Positions 24,172 to 36,568 of a DNA stretch of 64,000 nt are shown here, piece after piece; position 1 is the first letter of the stretch; the number at the start of each line of letters is the position of its first letter. The stretch comes from Podarcis vaucheri (lineage: Eukaryota). Under the pieces are notes generated by a model, which worked only from the letters and a program-made list of their open reading frames with translations, had not been told where the DNA came from and did not search any database. The translations under genes and the position numbers were made by a program. Where the stretch lies: the NCBI GenBank assembly GCA_965113315.1, contig OZ220373.1; one strand, 5' to 3'.

Positions 24172-26839
24172 CTAAATAAAACAAAGAGATGTAACAATAA
24201 ACCACTATCCACACTTTAATTTAAAACACGAAATGTAGAATGCCATCAGCTGGTAAGTAGCACATGATAACTTTATGAGCAATGGATGTCTGTTAACACA
24301 GTCTTAAAACTTTGCAGCTCAGAAAATATAAGCAAGTTTAAACCAATACAGCAACTGTTGACGCCTGCAGAAAGCCTTTTAATAAAAAAAGAGTTGCCTA
24401 TATCAATTCACACTGTCATGTTTCTCTCAGTGGAGGCCACGATAGAGTCTAATGTTGTTGTTGTTTCATTAAAAATATGCTTAAGCTATAAATGAACAAA
24501 GGAAATGAATGCAGGCTAGAATCAGATGCAATCTTGGCATGAAAATGGGGTCCTGCTACATAAAAGAGTTGTGCTGCAAAAATATGAAAAAGGCTTGGAC
24601 TGTGAGTTGCCCCTCTGCAGATTTTCACTAATTTCCCCTTTCCCATGTATTCTCCAATGCCCCGTGCCATTCCAGAGAGCCCCCTGATCCTCCATAACAG
24701 ATGGTGGGGGCAAGGGGCTGGAGAGGGAAATTGGTGAACATTGCCTCCCTTCTGCCAACAGGAGCATCACCCAAGCTCCATTCACAAGAAATTAGAATCC
24801 AAGCCAAAGGCAACACACACAAATGTTTGCATACAGTTTCAATAGTCAGGGGTATATATGTGATTATCAGAAACCACCACCTAGCCTTGGTAATACAAAA
24901 CAAAACTACAAATCTGCACACTGCAGAGAACTCAGAGGAGTCTCTTAGCCCATACTGGGTGCATATGCAGAGAACTTGGGGGGAAAGAAATGACTGTCTC
25001 TCACTTCATACCAGACTTTGAAGATGCTCAGAAAAAACAGGCGAGAAACTCACAGCTTCAGAGGATCTCTGAAGCCTACTGAGAAATAAGGGGCTTATCC
25101 CCTGCTCTTCTAAGACTTCTGCACATACCAGGGGCCTTGGGAGTAGCTCAGGGGTTACCATAAAGAATGATCATATCCAAGGCTTGCAAGAATCTGTGGA
25201 GCCCTATCAGTAACATGGGCTGGATTCAACTACCCCAGTGTGCTAGCGGAAGCCAGCACAGGGAATCCCTTTAGTACAAGAGTGCTTTCCCTCCATAATC
25301 TGCTCTGCAGGGTCAGGAGAACCCCCAGAAGAGCAAATGGCTGTGGAAAAGGAGATCGTTCCACCTGGACAGCTGAAATGCTTGTTGCTGACGGAATGCC
25401 TCTCATAGCAGAACCCTGAATTCCACAGGTGAAGGCCTGTGTTGTGCATTAGATGAAGAGCTTACAGGGACATCTTCTGTAGAGCCCACACTCCTTGCAA
25501 ATTTTCATAAATAAAAGGAATGCAAGAGTCATTAGAAAGATCCGGCTCCCCTCAAATTCTTCAAAATTAATACTTATTTTGTGCACTGTTTTGTAATTGC
25601 CCCTGAAGGACAGCATTAGCAATTTAAAATATGTTGGCTATATCCAATAGTTGTGTAAGCAAAGGGAAGCTTGCTTAACCGACTTGTTTAATAATTTACA
25701 AGCATTTCTATACTGCCAACATTAAGAACAAAATATAACATTATTATTATTATTATTACAAGTGCAAAATCAATACAGCTATTTACCCAGGAATTCCTGG
25801 GTGAACAAATAAGTTTTAAGCAGGCACCTAAATGACAATATTGTAGGCACCTGCCTGATGTTCACTGGGAGTACATTAAAAAAGTGCAGATACTGCCATA
25901 CTGAAGATTGACAGACGACGAACCACAGGAGAATATAGCAGTGCTAAGAGTGTCTCTTGTGAAAATCCAAGTGACTAGGCTTAGGGTACCCAAGGTATCA
26001 TATTTTTCCCCTCCTCTTGCTGAATGTCTTGTCTCATAAACTGCATCTAGAGGGTAAAGGACTCTTCATAAAAAGTGGGGGCACTAGAGGAGGGAGGAAT
26101 TACCCTAAATCAGGCAGAAATATTTTGTGTCAGTGGGATCTCTGCATATAAAAAGGGAAATATACTTCTTTGGCCCAAATGCCTTAAAAAGACAGAATCA
26201 AAATTACGGGAAATACAGATTTACGTAATCAACACGTGTGTCTTGTATGAGCACAAGGAGCTCTTTGGATTGAAGCTATGAGGCATCACAACGGCCAGCA
26301 AATAAATCCAGCTGCTTAAGTGAAGTATAAAATTTCAAAGTTGCAAGGATATTCAAAAGAATTTCATGCATAATTCTGAGAACACAGAGAATCGGCAATT
26401 AAATGTTTGATTGGTTTTTTAATCATTTTTATTGATACTTTAATATTTCTTGTAAATCACTTATAAGTTTCACAACAATCAAATGGTATGTAAATCTTGT
26501 TTAAAAAATGAGAATGAGGCCTTCTGGTTCAGAAGCTCTCTCACACGTTTGCCTTATATCATGGTTCTTTAGAGGAAAATGTGTTTCAAAATGTTTTGCT
26601 TTGTCCTGTCCTGATATTATGGATACCCTCACTTCTGAAACAAATGAATGCCTTCAAATAAATTTAAGGAAATGAGCACCAGAAATCTCTATTGTCATTT
26701 TGGTGTCTGTTGAATACTTCCCTTTCAACAAGGCTACTAAGCAGATTATTGTCCTAGTCAGTATCTGTATTGGTTTTGCAACTGTTTTTATGTATGAAAT
26801 TGTTTTATTGCATTGTGAAATAACTTAAGAGATGCTTCA

Positions 26840-26998
<159 letters not shown>

Positions 26999-27780
26999 TC
27001 AAGTTAATCAATCCCAGCACCAATAGAATATAGGCCTCTTAGAGAAGCTAAAACACCACTGTTCAATGGAAGCTCAGACACAGAAAAGAAACAAGCCACA
27101 TGAAACATTCCAGGAGCTGCCATTTACAGAAGCATTTTATGCCAAGGTTAGTAATTGAGAAGTCAAGGTGCACAGGTTATACAAGACTAATATCCCTTGA
27201 ATTCCTGCACACTTTGGTTCATTTGTACAGAAAATACAATTACCTTCCTATAATAGAAATACAGGAGTAAAGAGCTAACAAGTAGAGAGACTGAAAGGCT
27301 ATGGGAATCTGTTTGGTTTCTCTGTCGTACCTTTGCTGGAGTGCAAAGTCACCAAACCAAATAGTTTCTCACCTTTCATTCCCTACACTTAATAAGCTTC
27401 AAGAAATAAAGGGTAAAAGTCTTACATCTAACACACAAAGCTTTAAACACACATTCTGTTATTTAAAGCAAAGTTACTCTGCAGCCTTATGGAACACATT
27501 ACCAATACAAAACATACGATTTCCCCCAGCGAGTCAAGCTTTCAACTTCGCTATCTCGGTGGCCAGAAAAACAAGTTGACGTCAAATTGGCAAGAACGGC
27601 ATAAAGCAGTTCTTCTATACAGATCTTCCAAGATGAATTAATTTCCCCCATGTCATTTAATTTTATATATGAGTACACATAATAGATATATATACACATA
27701 TTTACTATGGGCAACCTTTAGTTTTTCCGCATAGTTTAACATCCAACCGAACAACTGAACTACTCTCTCTCATAAGGCTA

Positions 27781-27992
27781 NNNNNNNNNNNNNNNNNNNN
27801 NNNNNNNNNNNNNNNNNNNNNNNNNNNNNNNNNNNNNNNNNNNNNNNNNNNNNNNNNNNNNNNNNNNNNNNNNNNNNNNNNNNNNNNNNNNNNNNNNNNN
27901 NNNNNNNNNNNNNNNNNNNNNNNNNNNNNNNNNNNNNNNNNNNNNNNNNNNNNNNNNNNNNNNNNNNNNNNNNNNNNNNNNNNNNNNNNNNN
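27781..27992. other. ZFR: 212-nt N run; probably hides ZFR exon 16 ([33 protein letters not shown] in human)
   Basis: Exon 15 ends in phase 1 and exon 17 starts in phase 0, so an exon of about 98 nt is required; no matching sequence seen elsewhere between 26981 and 32415. Confidence 0.8.
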
Positions 27993-30900
27993 TCACACGT
28001 GCCATTTATATTGCAATCCCTATCTCCAATGTATTCGTATTCAGTAGTAATAATCCCTTAATCTGTATGTGGTCATTGAGCCCAATACAAAAGGTAATAC
28101 AAGAGCATAATGCAAGGTTAGCTCTCAATCTTATTTTTTTTATGTCCATCTATTTGTGAAAAAAAATCCTCTGGAAAAATAAATTTCCCCTAAAATTAAA
28201 ATGTTGAAGGAAGAATGGTTGGACACAGTGCACCAGCACAGGAAACACAAGACAGAAGGAACACAAAAATCCACTTGAATGAAGCAAAAGTTACAACAAA
28301 CTGTGAGCAAAATCTATTGTGAAGTTCTTCTGTGTGGGCCCCACTGAACTGAATGGGCATTTCTGTTAAGTTCCCATCCATTTTAATGGTGCTTGTGCAG
28401 AACAACTTCCCAGTGGATTGTGCCCTGTGTTTGTTGGGACAACTTAAAATGGCCGCATGCTACCTTAGTCTTAGTCCTAGTTAATGGGTCAAAATTCTTC
28501 CTGAGCAGTCAAGACCCATGATGTACTAGGATACCTCCCATTAAGGTAAGGTAAAACTATACTTATAGAAACAATCCAGATTTTTTGGTTTTATGGAGTC
28601 TGAAGGGATGTGAAATACTTTGTAAAATTCAAGTCAAGAGCACCTCTACATTTTTGTATTTCTTAAACCCTCTAGGCTCCTATTGCACCAAGGCGCATGC
28701 TGTGTATATCCATCCCAATTTCATCCAGGGGTATACCAGAAGAAAACAAGAAAGAGGGGTCTTAAGAGAAGGAAGTAGAGGAAAAATCAAAACCAGGAAA
28801 AGCAGAAGCAACAGCAGTGATAGAAAGAACAACACTGCATCTGGTAAATTCTTATTTTCCAAACAAGGCTTTTGTGTCAGTTATAATTACTGCTCCTAAA
28901 TATGTTGTAACTGCCTGCTGAGCAGCCAAGAGTATTTCTAGATATTTTTTAATTTTCTGCTAATACAAAATTGCTGTTAAAATAAATGTTGAATGCAACC
29001 AGACTTTGCCTGGATTATTTAGCAGATGGGACATTAAAATGTAGTCTAATTTAAGCAAACATACTCATAACAGCAAATCAAAGACTCATGGAACACACCA
29101 ACTAGGAAAAGAACGCAAACCAAGATATTAACAGATTTGGCTTGAAGGTCAGCCATCAATGAAGAGAAACAGGTCAGGAGAATGCAAGCCAGAATTTATA
29201 TAAATGACACTTCCGCTGTGCACAGAATTATTTCAATTTCATTTAGTATGCTATGCCTGAATTGTACACCTCTCATAGGAAATTCATTTGTTTATGCTTA
29301 TATTAATATTTTACCAGTGGGATATAAAAGTCTTAAAACATTTTAGCAATGGGATTTATGCCATTTTAACATGGTGAATTTTATGGGCTATACAGATACA
29401 GTGAAGTGAAAAATGAGTCACATTAGTGAGAGATTTCAAAGCAAATGAAAGAAGACATTAGGATTATAGATGTATCAAGTGAAAGGAGAGAAAATTTAAG
29501 GGAAAAGAATCAACTGAGGCCAAAGTCAGCAGTACGATTTGATAATTGACACATTTAAAGTTCAGTTCATAGTTCTGACAAAATAGGGAGAGTTTATTCT
29601 ACTTTATATAGCTTGTGGGAGCAAGCTTTGTTTCATAAAAACTATTTATACTCTCCTAAAAAACACTTGCAAGAAAATAGCGTTAATGACTCAGTTTAAT
29701 TATCACTGAAGTCCTGGATTATTATTATTTAAATAATAGTATTAAAACACTTGTATTTCGAAGCACTACTTTTTTAAAAAAATAATGATGCAATGATCCA
29801 GAGACCCATATACAACTGACAAGCAAGATTGTGGGTGATCCAGCTTTATTAAGCTGAGATTTGTCATTGACCTCAGTGGGAGATAGAGTGTACCCATTGC
29901 GAATCAACCTTGAAGCCATCAGAAGATGCTGAAGCAGCTATAGAAACTGAGAGCTTATCTGGGCTGGATATCCATTTAAAAGACTTTCCTATATGTGGAT
30001 TTTTGCATAAAGACTCCAAGTGGATTAACCCCTTAAAAACTGGTCCTAAAATTAAATGAATCAGAATTCAAGTGTGCCCTCTTAGCTTCAACCATAGGTT
30101 TTTTTTTTAAAGTGCAGATTATTTTTCTTGTATTCTAAAAATAAGGGGTTAATCTTCAATAAGACATGCTGTGTCCACACTATTTCGTTATTAAAAAGTT
30201 AACAGGTATGACATGCGCTTTCAATTCCAGGTGTGAATTAAGTATTACCCAGTCAACTGTTTCAAAGCTAGTGTGAACACTGCTTAATTCTAGAGAAGAG
30301 AGAGACAAAGACAAGAAGGAAAAAAAAGACAAAACACAAAAGTAACAGTAAATGCTAGGACTATGCAACCAAACCCCCTCAAAAATATGGCAGGTGTGAC
30401 ATTGAGCTTTAGAAAACCTTGGTCAAAAATCCTTCCGATGTCTTGGCAGCAATCCCTGACAGGATTCAATTGTCTCTGCTAGAAGGCTTTGGACCGGGGC
30501 TAATAAGCTAAGGATAAAAAACATAAACATATACACTTTGCTGAAGAAATACATTCCGCAGCATGGGTTACAGAATCTTTATATCCAGAGCAAATTCTGT
30601 AAATTTAACTGTTAAGTGCACAAAACTGTAAAGAAAAAAAATCCTACATGGTTAACAGTTTTGTGTTTACCTTCCCCTTCCCCTTCAGTTTGCAACTGAA
30701 TAGGATTACATAAGATGTTATTCAACCAGCAAATGAAATACATCTACTTAAAATTGGGTTCTTCCAGCAAAGCCTTCCTTGCCACCTGAATTCAACTCCC
30801 AAAAGCCAGCTAGATTCCATCAACCAAGTTAAGACACCGAGCATTAAGAGCTGCAGTTAAGAGTATACTTTTTTTTTGCAGCACATAAACAATGATCTTT

Positions 30901-32415
30901 ATAAAAGTCTTGTTTACTGCAATTTGCAGTTAAACCACATATTTCAGAGGTAAACTTTTTCACATATTCATTTTAAGCTGCTCAGTGTCTTGAAGAAATG
31001 ATTCAAAAAATTTAAAAGCTTTGCTTTCCTCTATTAATATTATCAAACTTAGTATTATCAAACTTAGAATGGCAACTCTAATTAATGTTTGGGTCAGACA
31101 AAAAAATTGAGCTTTATTTCCTTTTGAAGTCAAATCATGAAATTAACTGGCACAGTGAAATGGCATCAAGATCGTGTTCAAAATAGTTGTGCAATTTTCT
31201 ATCCAAATCTTTACGGGTTGCATATAACCAAATGTGATGTCTGACATTCATTCTGTTGTTTGGTAAAGATGAATAAATAAACAGAACTCAGGGCAATCAA
31301 GCAAAGTTATCTGTGATTATTTCAGAATTTAAAAGCCAATGGTATTATGTAAATTTAAGCAGTGTTTTAAAAACCAGGAAGAAAAATCCTATGTACATTA
31401 ATATTCAAGCTTTGTTTTTTTAAGAAAGCTTGCTTCTAGAATAGTTATACTTTTAAAAAATAACATAAGCAATTATTCAAATATTGAAAGCATAATGCTA
31501 AGAATTCATTCCACAGCTGTATGTACACAAGCACACTCACGCTACACTAACAAGAACTTAAATAGAGCCTTACTTCCTATGCTTATGTATTCTTAGCCAG
31601 CAATACCACTGTGCCTGCAAAAAGTTTATTTTGACCAACACAAGACAAAAGAAAAGAAAGTTCATTTTATCTGACCTCTAAATAGAGCCAACATATTGCA
31701 GACATTAAATTATCATGCTTGCTGGCTTAAAAACATTTGTAGCTTTCAAAGAATTATAGAAGAGACCCTAAAGCAACACTGCTGGCACCAGTAGGATCGC
31801 ACAGGTCATAAATACATATTGAGTTTTAAAGTTCCAACATCTACTTAACTGAACTCAGCTATCACTCTTTACTATAAACACACTGCAAATGTACTGCTTA
31901 ATTAAGACACTCCAACCTCAATATTAGGAGCTCTTTGTCTTGCACTCCAGTCCAGAAACCAACCTCAAAAAACTGGAAAAAAATACACATCTTGCTCCAA
32001 GCAAAGCCAGAATCACTTTGAACTTAAAAATTAACTAAGTGCCATATAAGTCAAGGTTAAGACTGATCCAGTTTCAAACATACAATATAATTTCCTGGTG
32101 TAGTTTCTCCCTTAGGGAGGAAGCCTTCTTGATTATCAACTTGCAGGTATTTGAGTCATAAACATTTACTTTTTCCAAAGAAAGACAGGTTTGCACATTT
32201 AAAAAAAAACACCTACATTTTCCAGAAATCTGAGGTTGTTGGTTGCAGTGAATAAGTCTAAAATAGGTTTTGGAAAAACACACAAGACTGCTTGATTTAT
32301 GAATTGCCATTAAATGTGTATCACATGCCAGCATGTTGCCTTCCAGGATTTAATGCCGTTTATGACAGAATGAATAAGCCAATTAAAATAGAGCATTTTT
32401 TAACAGATTCCGAAC

Positions 32416-32557
32416 CTCCATCCCTCATGTTCTCTTCCCGAATCACTGGTGATGTCAACGTGATGGTCACTTGCATTTTAGGTTCCACACAGGAATTCAA
32501 AATGATGGATGCTTCTTGTCCTGCACACTTTATTTCATATTTCTCAGGACTTATTAC
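32416..32557 (-). CDS. ZFR: ZFR exon 15 ([47 protein letters not shown])
   Basis: tttag acceptor, weak GAG|GTTCGG donor; 142 nt, phase 0 to 1. Confidence 0.94.
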
Positions 32558-33084
32558 CTAAAGAATGCAAATAAGAAGCTAAATGTTTTCACACAAAAAG
32601 GGACTAGTCCAAAATACCCGGAGGTTCATCACAAGTTGCTTGGGAGTTTAGCCAAGGTACCTTGTACTGTACCTTGACTAAATCATGAATTCATACATTA
32701 AAGGATAGTAAGATGTGAGAGAGAACTGGCTTACTTGAGTCTGTAACAAATTTACAGTATCCTGGAGGGAAGGAGCAGGTGGCCATTATGAGGTTAAGGC
32801 CTTCCCATTGTATATTGGAAGGTTTTAGGATGGAAGAAAGAAAAAATAAAGTTCTGCTTCCCCCTGCCCCCTGAATGAATATAGCAAAAGTGGGCTAACA
32901 TTCCTTTCTGGGTAGCCTGGGGGTGTGCCCATTCCAGTTGTGAGAGGACCCAGAGAGATAAATGGGTCGAGTAACAGGTGCATTTTTTACCTAATTAGCA
33001 GGCTAGTTTCTAGACGTACTTTCACACCACTCTCCATTCTCCTTCCAGGCAAGCAAGAAGCACTAGAAGAGTTCAAAGGCACAT

Positions 33085-33380
33085 TCCAACTAATCCAGAA
33101 TGCAGCAGCTAGACTGGTAACTGGCCGCCGAGACCATATAACACCGGTCTTGAAAGACCTACATTGGCGCCCGCCCTGTGGAATGCCCTCCCATCAGATG
33201 CCAAGGAAATAAACAACTATCTGGCTTTTAGAAGACATCTGAAGGCAGCCCTGTTTAGGGAAGTTTTTAATGCTCGGTGTTTCATCATGTTTTTAATATT
33301 CTGTTGGGAGCCGTCCAGAGTGGCTGGGAAAACCCAGCCAGATGGGCAAGGTATAAATAATAAATTTTTATTATTATTAC
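33085..33380 (+). mobile_element. L2-like LINE 3' fragment with (ATT)n tail
   Basis: QLIQNAAARLVTG..DHITPVLKDLHW and APALWNALP..FRRHLKAALF motifs of L2 ORF2 end; tail GGTATAAATAA(T)ATTATT. Confidence 0.8.
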
Positions 33381-33645
33381 CCTCAAGGGGTGTGAGAAGT
33401 AGGGCTAGTGAGGCATGTGGCCCAGGGGAGAGTCCTCAGAGCCAGAGAGGCCTGGAGGGCTTCCTTCAGCCCCCAGGCCTGAGGTCGCTGCACCTGCTAT
33501 ACAACAATAAAATGCTCAAGTTTGGGGTTGGCAGCCAATCTCCTACCAGTGTTCCTTAGCACTATATAACACAATGTGGAGTTTTAAGGAGATTGGGAAG
33601 GGAGGTGTTCTTTTTTTCCATCTTCCCCATCCTCAAGGAGTACTA

Positions 33646-34016
33646 AGGTAAAGGTAAAGGTAAAGGTACCCCTGCCCGTACGGGCCAGTCGTGTCCGACT
33701 CTAGGGCTGTGCGCCCATCTCACTTAAGAGGCTGGGGCCCAGGGCTGTCCAGAGACACTTCCGGATCACGTGGCCAGCGTGACGAAGCTGCTCTGGCGAG
33801 CCGGCACCAGAGCAGCACACGGAAATGCCGTTTGCCTTCCCGCTATACCTTACCTATTTATCTACTTGCACTTAGGGGTGCTTTTGAACTGCTAGGTGGG
33901 CAGGAGCTGGGACCGAAAGACAGGAGCTCACCCCGCCGCGGGGATTCAAACCGCCGACCATACGATTGGCAAGTCCTAGGCACTGAGGTTTTACCCACAG
34001 CGCCACCCGCGTCCCT
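33646..34016 (-). mobile_element. Full-length Sauria SINE
   Basis: Minus strand starts GGGACGCGGGTGGCGCTGTGGGTAAAACC (tRNA-like head, B-box-like GGTTTGAATCCC), ends in (ACCTTT)n; 11-bp TSD AAGGAGTACTA at 33635-33645 and 34017-34027. Confidence 0.92.
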
Positions 34017-34084
34017 AAGGAGTACTACAAGGCTCTTATTCCAGCCTTCCTACAGCCGTGAAGAGGCTAGGAGCATTCCTATTA

Positions 34085-34462
<378 letters not shown>

Positions 34463-34684
34463 TCAAAGAAAACAAGTCCAATGCAGGGAGAGCCCTTCAC
34501 GTGGAACACACTACCCTAACCCCCCGTGAGGACGGTGTGCATTCTGTCATTCTCTACGTACATCATAGTGTACATTTTAACTCTATGCAGAAAGCACAAA
34601 GTTTTGAAAAAAAAGATCCAGACAGTAAAGAGGTGCAATGAAAAGTTTGGCATTTCTCACACTGGGTGGAGTTCTGGGCTAGTC

Positions 34685-35013
34685 CTTCTCTACCCTAAAC
34701 GGCCTCGGTCCAGTATATCTGAAGGAGCGTCTCCTCCCCCATCGTTCTGCCCAGACACTGAGGTCCAGCACCGAGGGCCTTCTGGCGGTTCCCTCACTGC
34801 GAGAAGCCAAGTTACAGGGAACCAGGCAGGGGGCCTTCTCGGGAGTGGCACCCTCCCTGTGGAATGCCCTCCCACCAGATGTCAAAGAGAACAACAACTA
34901 CCAGACTTTTAGAAGACATCTGAAAGAGGCCCTGTTTAGGGAAGCTTTTAATGTTTGATCTATTACAGTATTTTTTTTTTTGGAAGCCGCCCAGATGGGC
35001 AGGGTATAAATAA

Positions 35014-35062
<49 letters not shown>
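34685..35062 (+). mobile_element. L2-like LINE 3' fragment ending in (ATT)n microsatellite (~35015-35062)
   Basis: Closely similar to 33085-33380 (TGGAATGCCCTCCCA...TTTAGAAGACATCTGAA...CCCTGTTTAGGGAAG). Confidence 0.82.
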
Positions 35063-35065
<3 letters not shown>

Positions 35066-35390
35066 CCATCAGCAAGAGGATAAAGCCTCAGCCAAGGAAA
35101 AGTAGTCTGAAGTGCTGCTAAGAATCTATTGCACAGCTGAAGGACTTTTTCATATGAACAAAGTGCAGCTGCTGCTGAAAGAATGCAGTTCCTAGTTGCT
35201 TCTGGAGAATGCCTGCTAAGCAAACAACTTTCATTGGTGAAAATGAGGGATCCATTATTCTGATAACAGAATCCATTATTTCTGGGTGCAGAAATTTAAG
35301 AAATTGGCATGAAGTAGGGCAAATGCTCCATTTTGTCTTAGTCCCTCTCCAAGCACAATGATTGCAGGCAACAATGGCAATAAAACATAC

Positions 35391-35596
35391 CTGTCTTTAC
35401 CGCCCTCTTTTTTATCATCTCCTTCCTTGCTCTTGTTTTTTTCATTGTCAGTCATGTTATCAGATACAAGTTTCAGTGCACGCTCAGTGATAGAAACTAT
35501 TTTCTGTACTGCCTGGAGTTCCTCTTCAGTTGGATAGATAGCAGCATGTTTGGTCATTACGTAACGGTCATCTGAAGAATCTGGTCGACGAAGAGG
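35391..35596 (-). CDS. ZFR: ZFR exon 13 ([32 protein letters not shown]...KEGGKDR)
   Basis: ttcag acceptor, GTATGT donor; 206 nt, phase 0 to 2. Confidence 0.97.
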
Positions 35597-36405
35597 CTGA
35601 ATACAGAAAGTGGATTTTAAAAATCAGATACATTTTATGTTTTCCTGCTTTCTGTTCTTTGCTATTTTATTAAAATTATCAAGTTCCCCCCATAAAGTGC
35701 ATTAAGAGAGCTCACATAAAGAAAACGAGATCTTGAAAAAATGTAAATTAAGAATTGGTTGGCATCAAAACCACACACCAGGGATAAAGAAAGGCTCTCC
35801 CTGCTCTGGAAAATAAATGGGGTTATACAGACCAAGACTTAGGAAGGCTTTCAAAGTTTTACTATTATTTGTTACAGATTACATCAAATTCAAAAGCTAT
35901 GTAAAGATACAGGAATCTGAATCTCAACTGGTCACACTGTAAGAGAATCCTTATTCAGTTATCTTGTCTGAGTTTAAAAATTAAGATGGGGCAAATAAAG
36001 GAAAGAGCTTGATTCTCTTTTTAGGTCCGAAACGCCTTGTAATCACTGGGGGGGGGGGCACTTTTTGACACTGTAAGCTATGGTCCTGAACCGCAAGGGA
36101 CCAAATACCATAAATAAAGAAATGGAAATGGAAACAAAAGACTGCAATCACATATGTTATTCCTTCCTTCATTTGATGGGGCTCTGATTAAGACTTGATG
36201 GTGGAATAAGTGTCCTGATAACGCATGTAATATGATGGTGCCATCATGATGGCTCTAGATTTCACAGTTGGTTAGCAGAAGCCAATGCTTAGCTACTAAG
36301 CCTAGGCATAATTTGCAGACCTGATTGACTTACTAGGTTCCCCCCACCCCCAGTCTGTGGCACCAAATACATCAGGAGGAGAGAGACTATGTGAACATTA
36401 CTCAC

Positions 36406-36568
36406 AGCTGGTCCCTGGGGCTGTGGTGGCATTCCTGGTCTAACACCAAGTAGTCCAAGAGGTCCTGGAGGTCCGTGAGGATATCCTCCATCAGGTATTC
36501 TGTGGCGGTCATCCCAATGATGCTGCTCTTCTTCCATCCTCCTCCAGTACATGTCCTCCTCATAGCGT
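36406..36568 (-). CDS. ZFR: ZFR exon 12 ([20 protein letters not shown]...PQPQGPA)
   Basis: cttag acceptor, GTGAGT donor; 163 nt, phase 2 to 0. Confidence 0.97.

Noticed and set aside
24580-25500. Moderately GC-rich intronic stretch with short ORFs (also ~46190-46440)
   Set aside because: Probably old repeat remnants; no family or protein motif I can support
30671-30850. Possible further exon ending at AAG|GTAAAC (30671/30670, minus)
   Set aside because: No convincing polypyrimidine acceptor upstream
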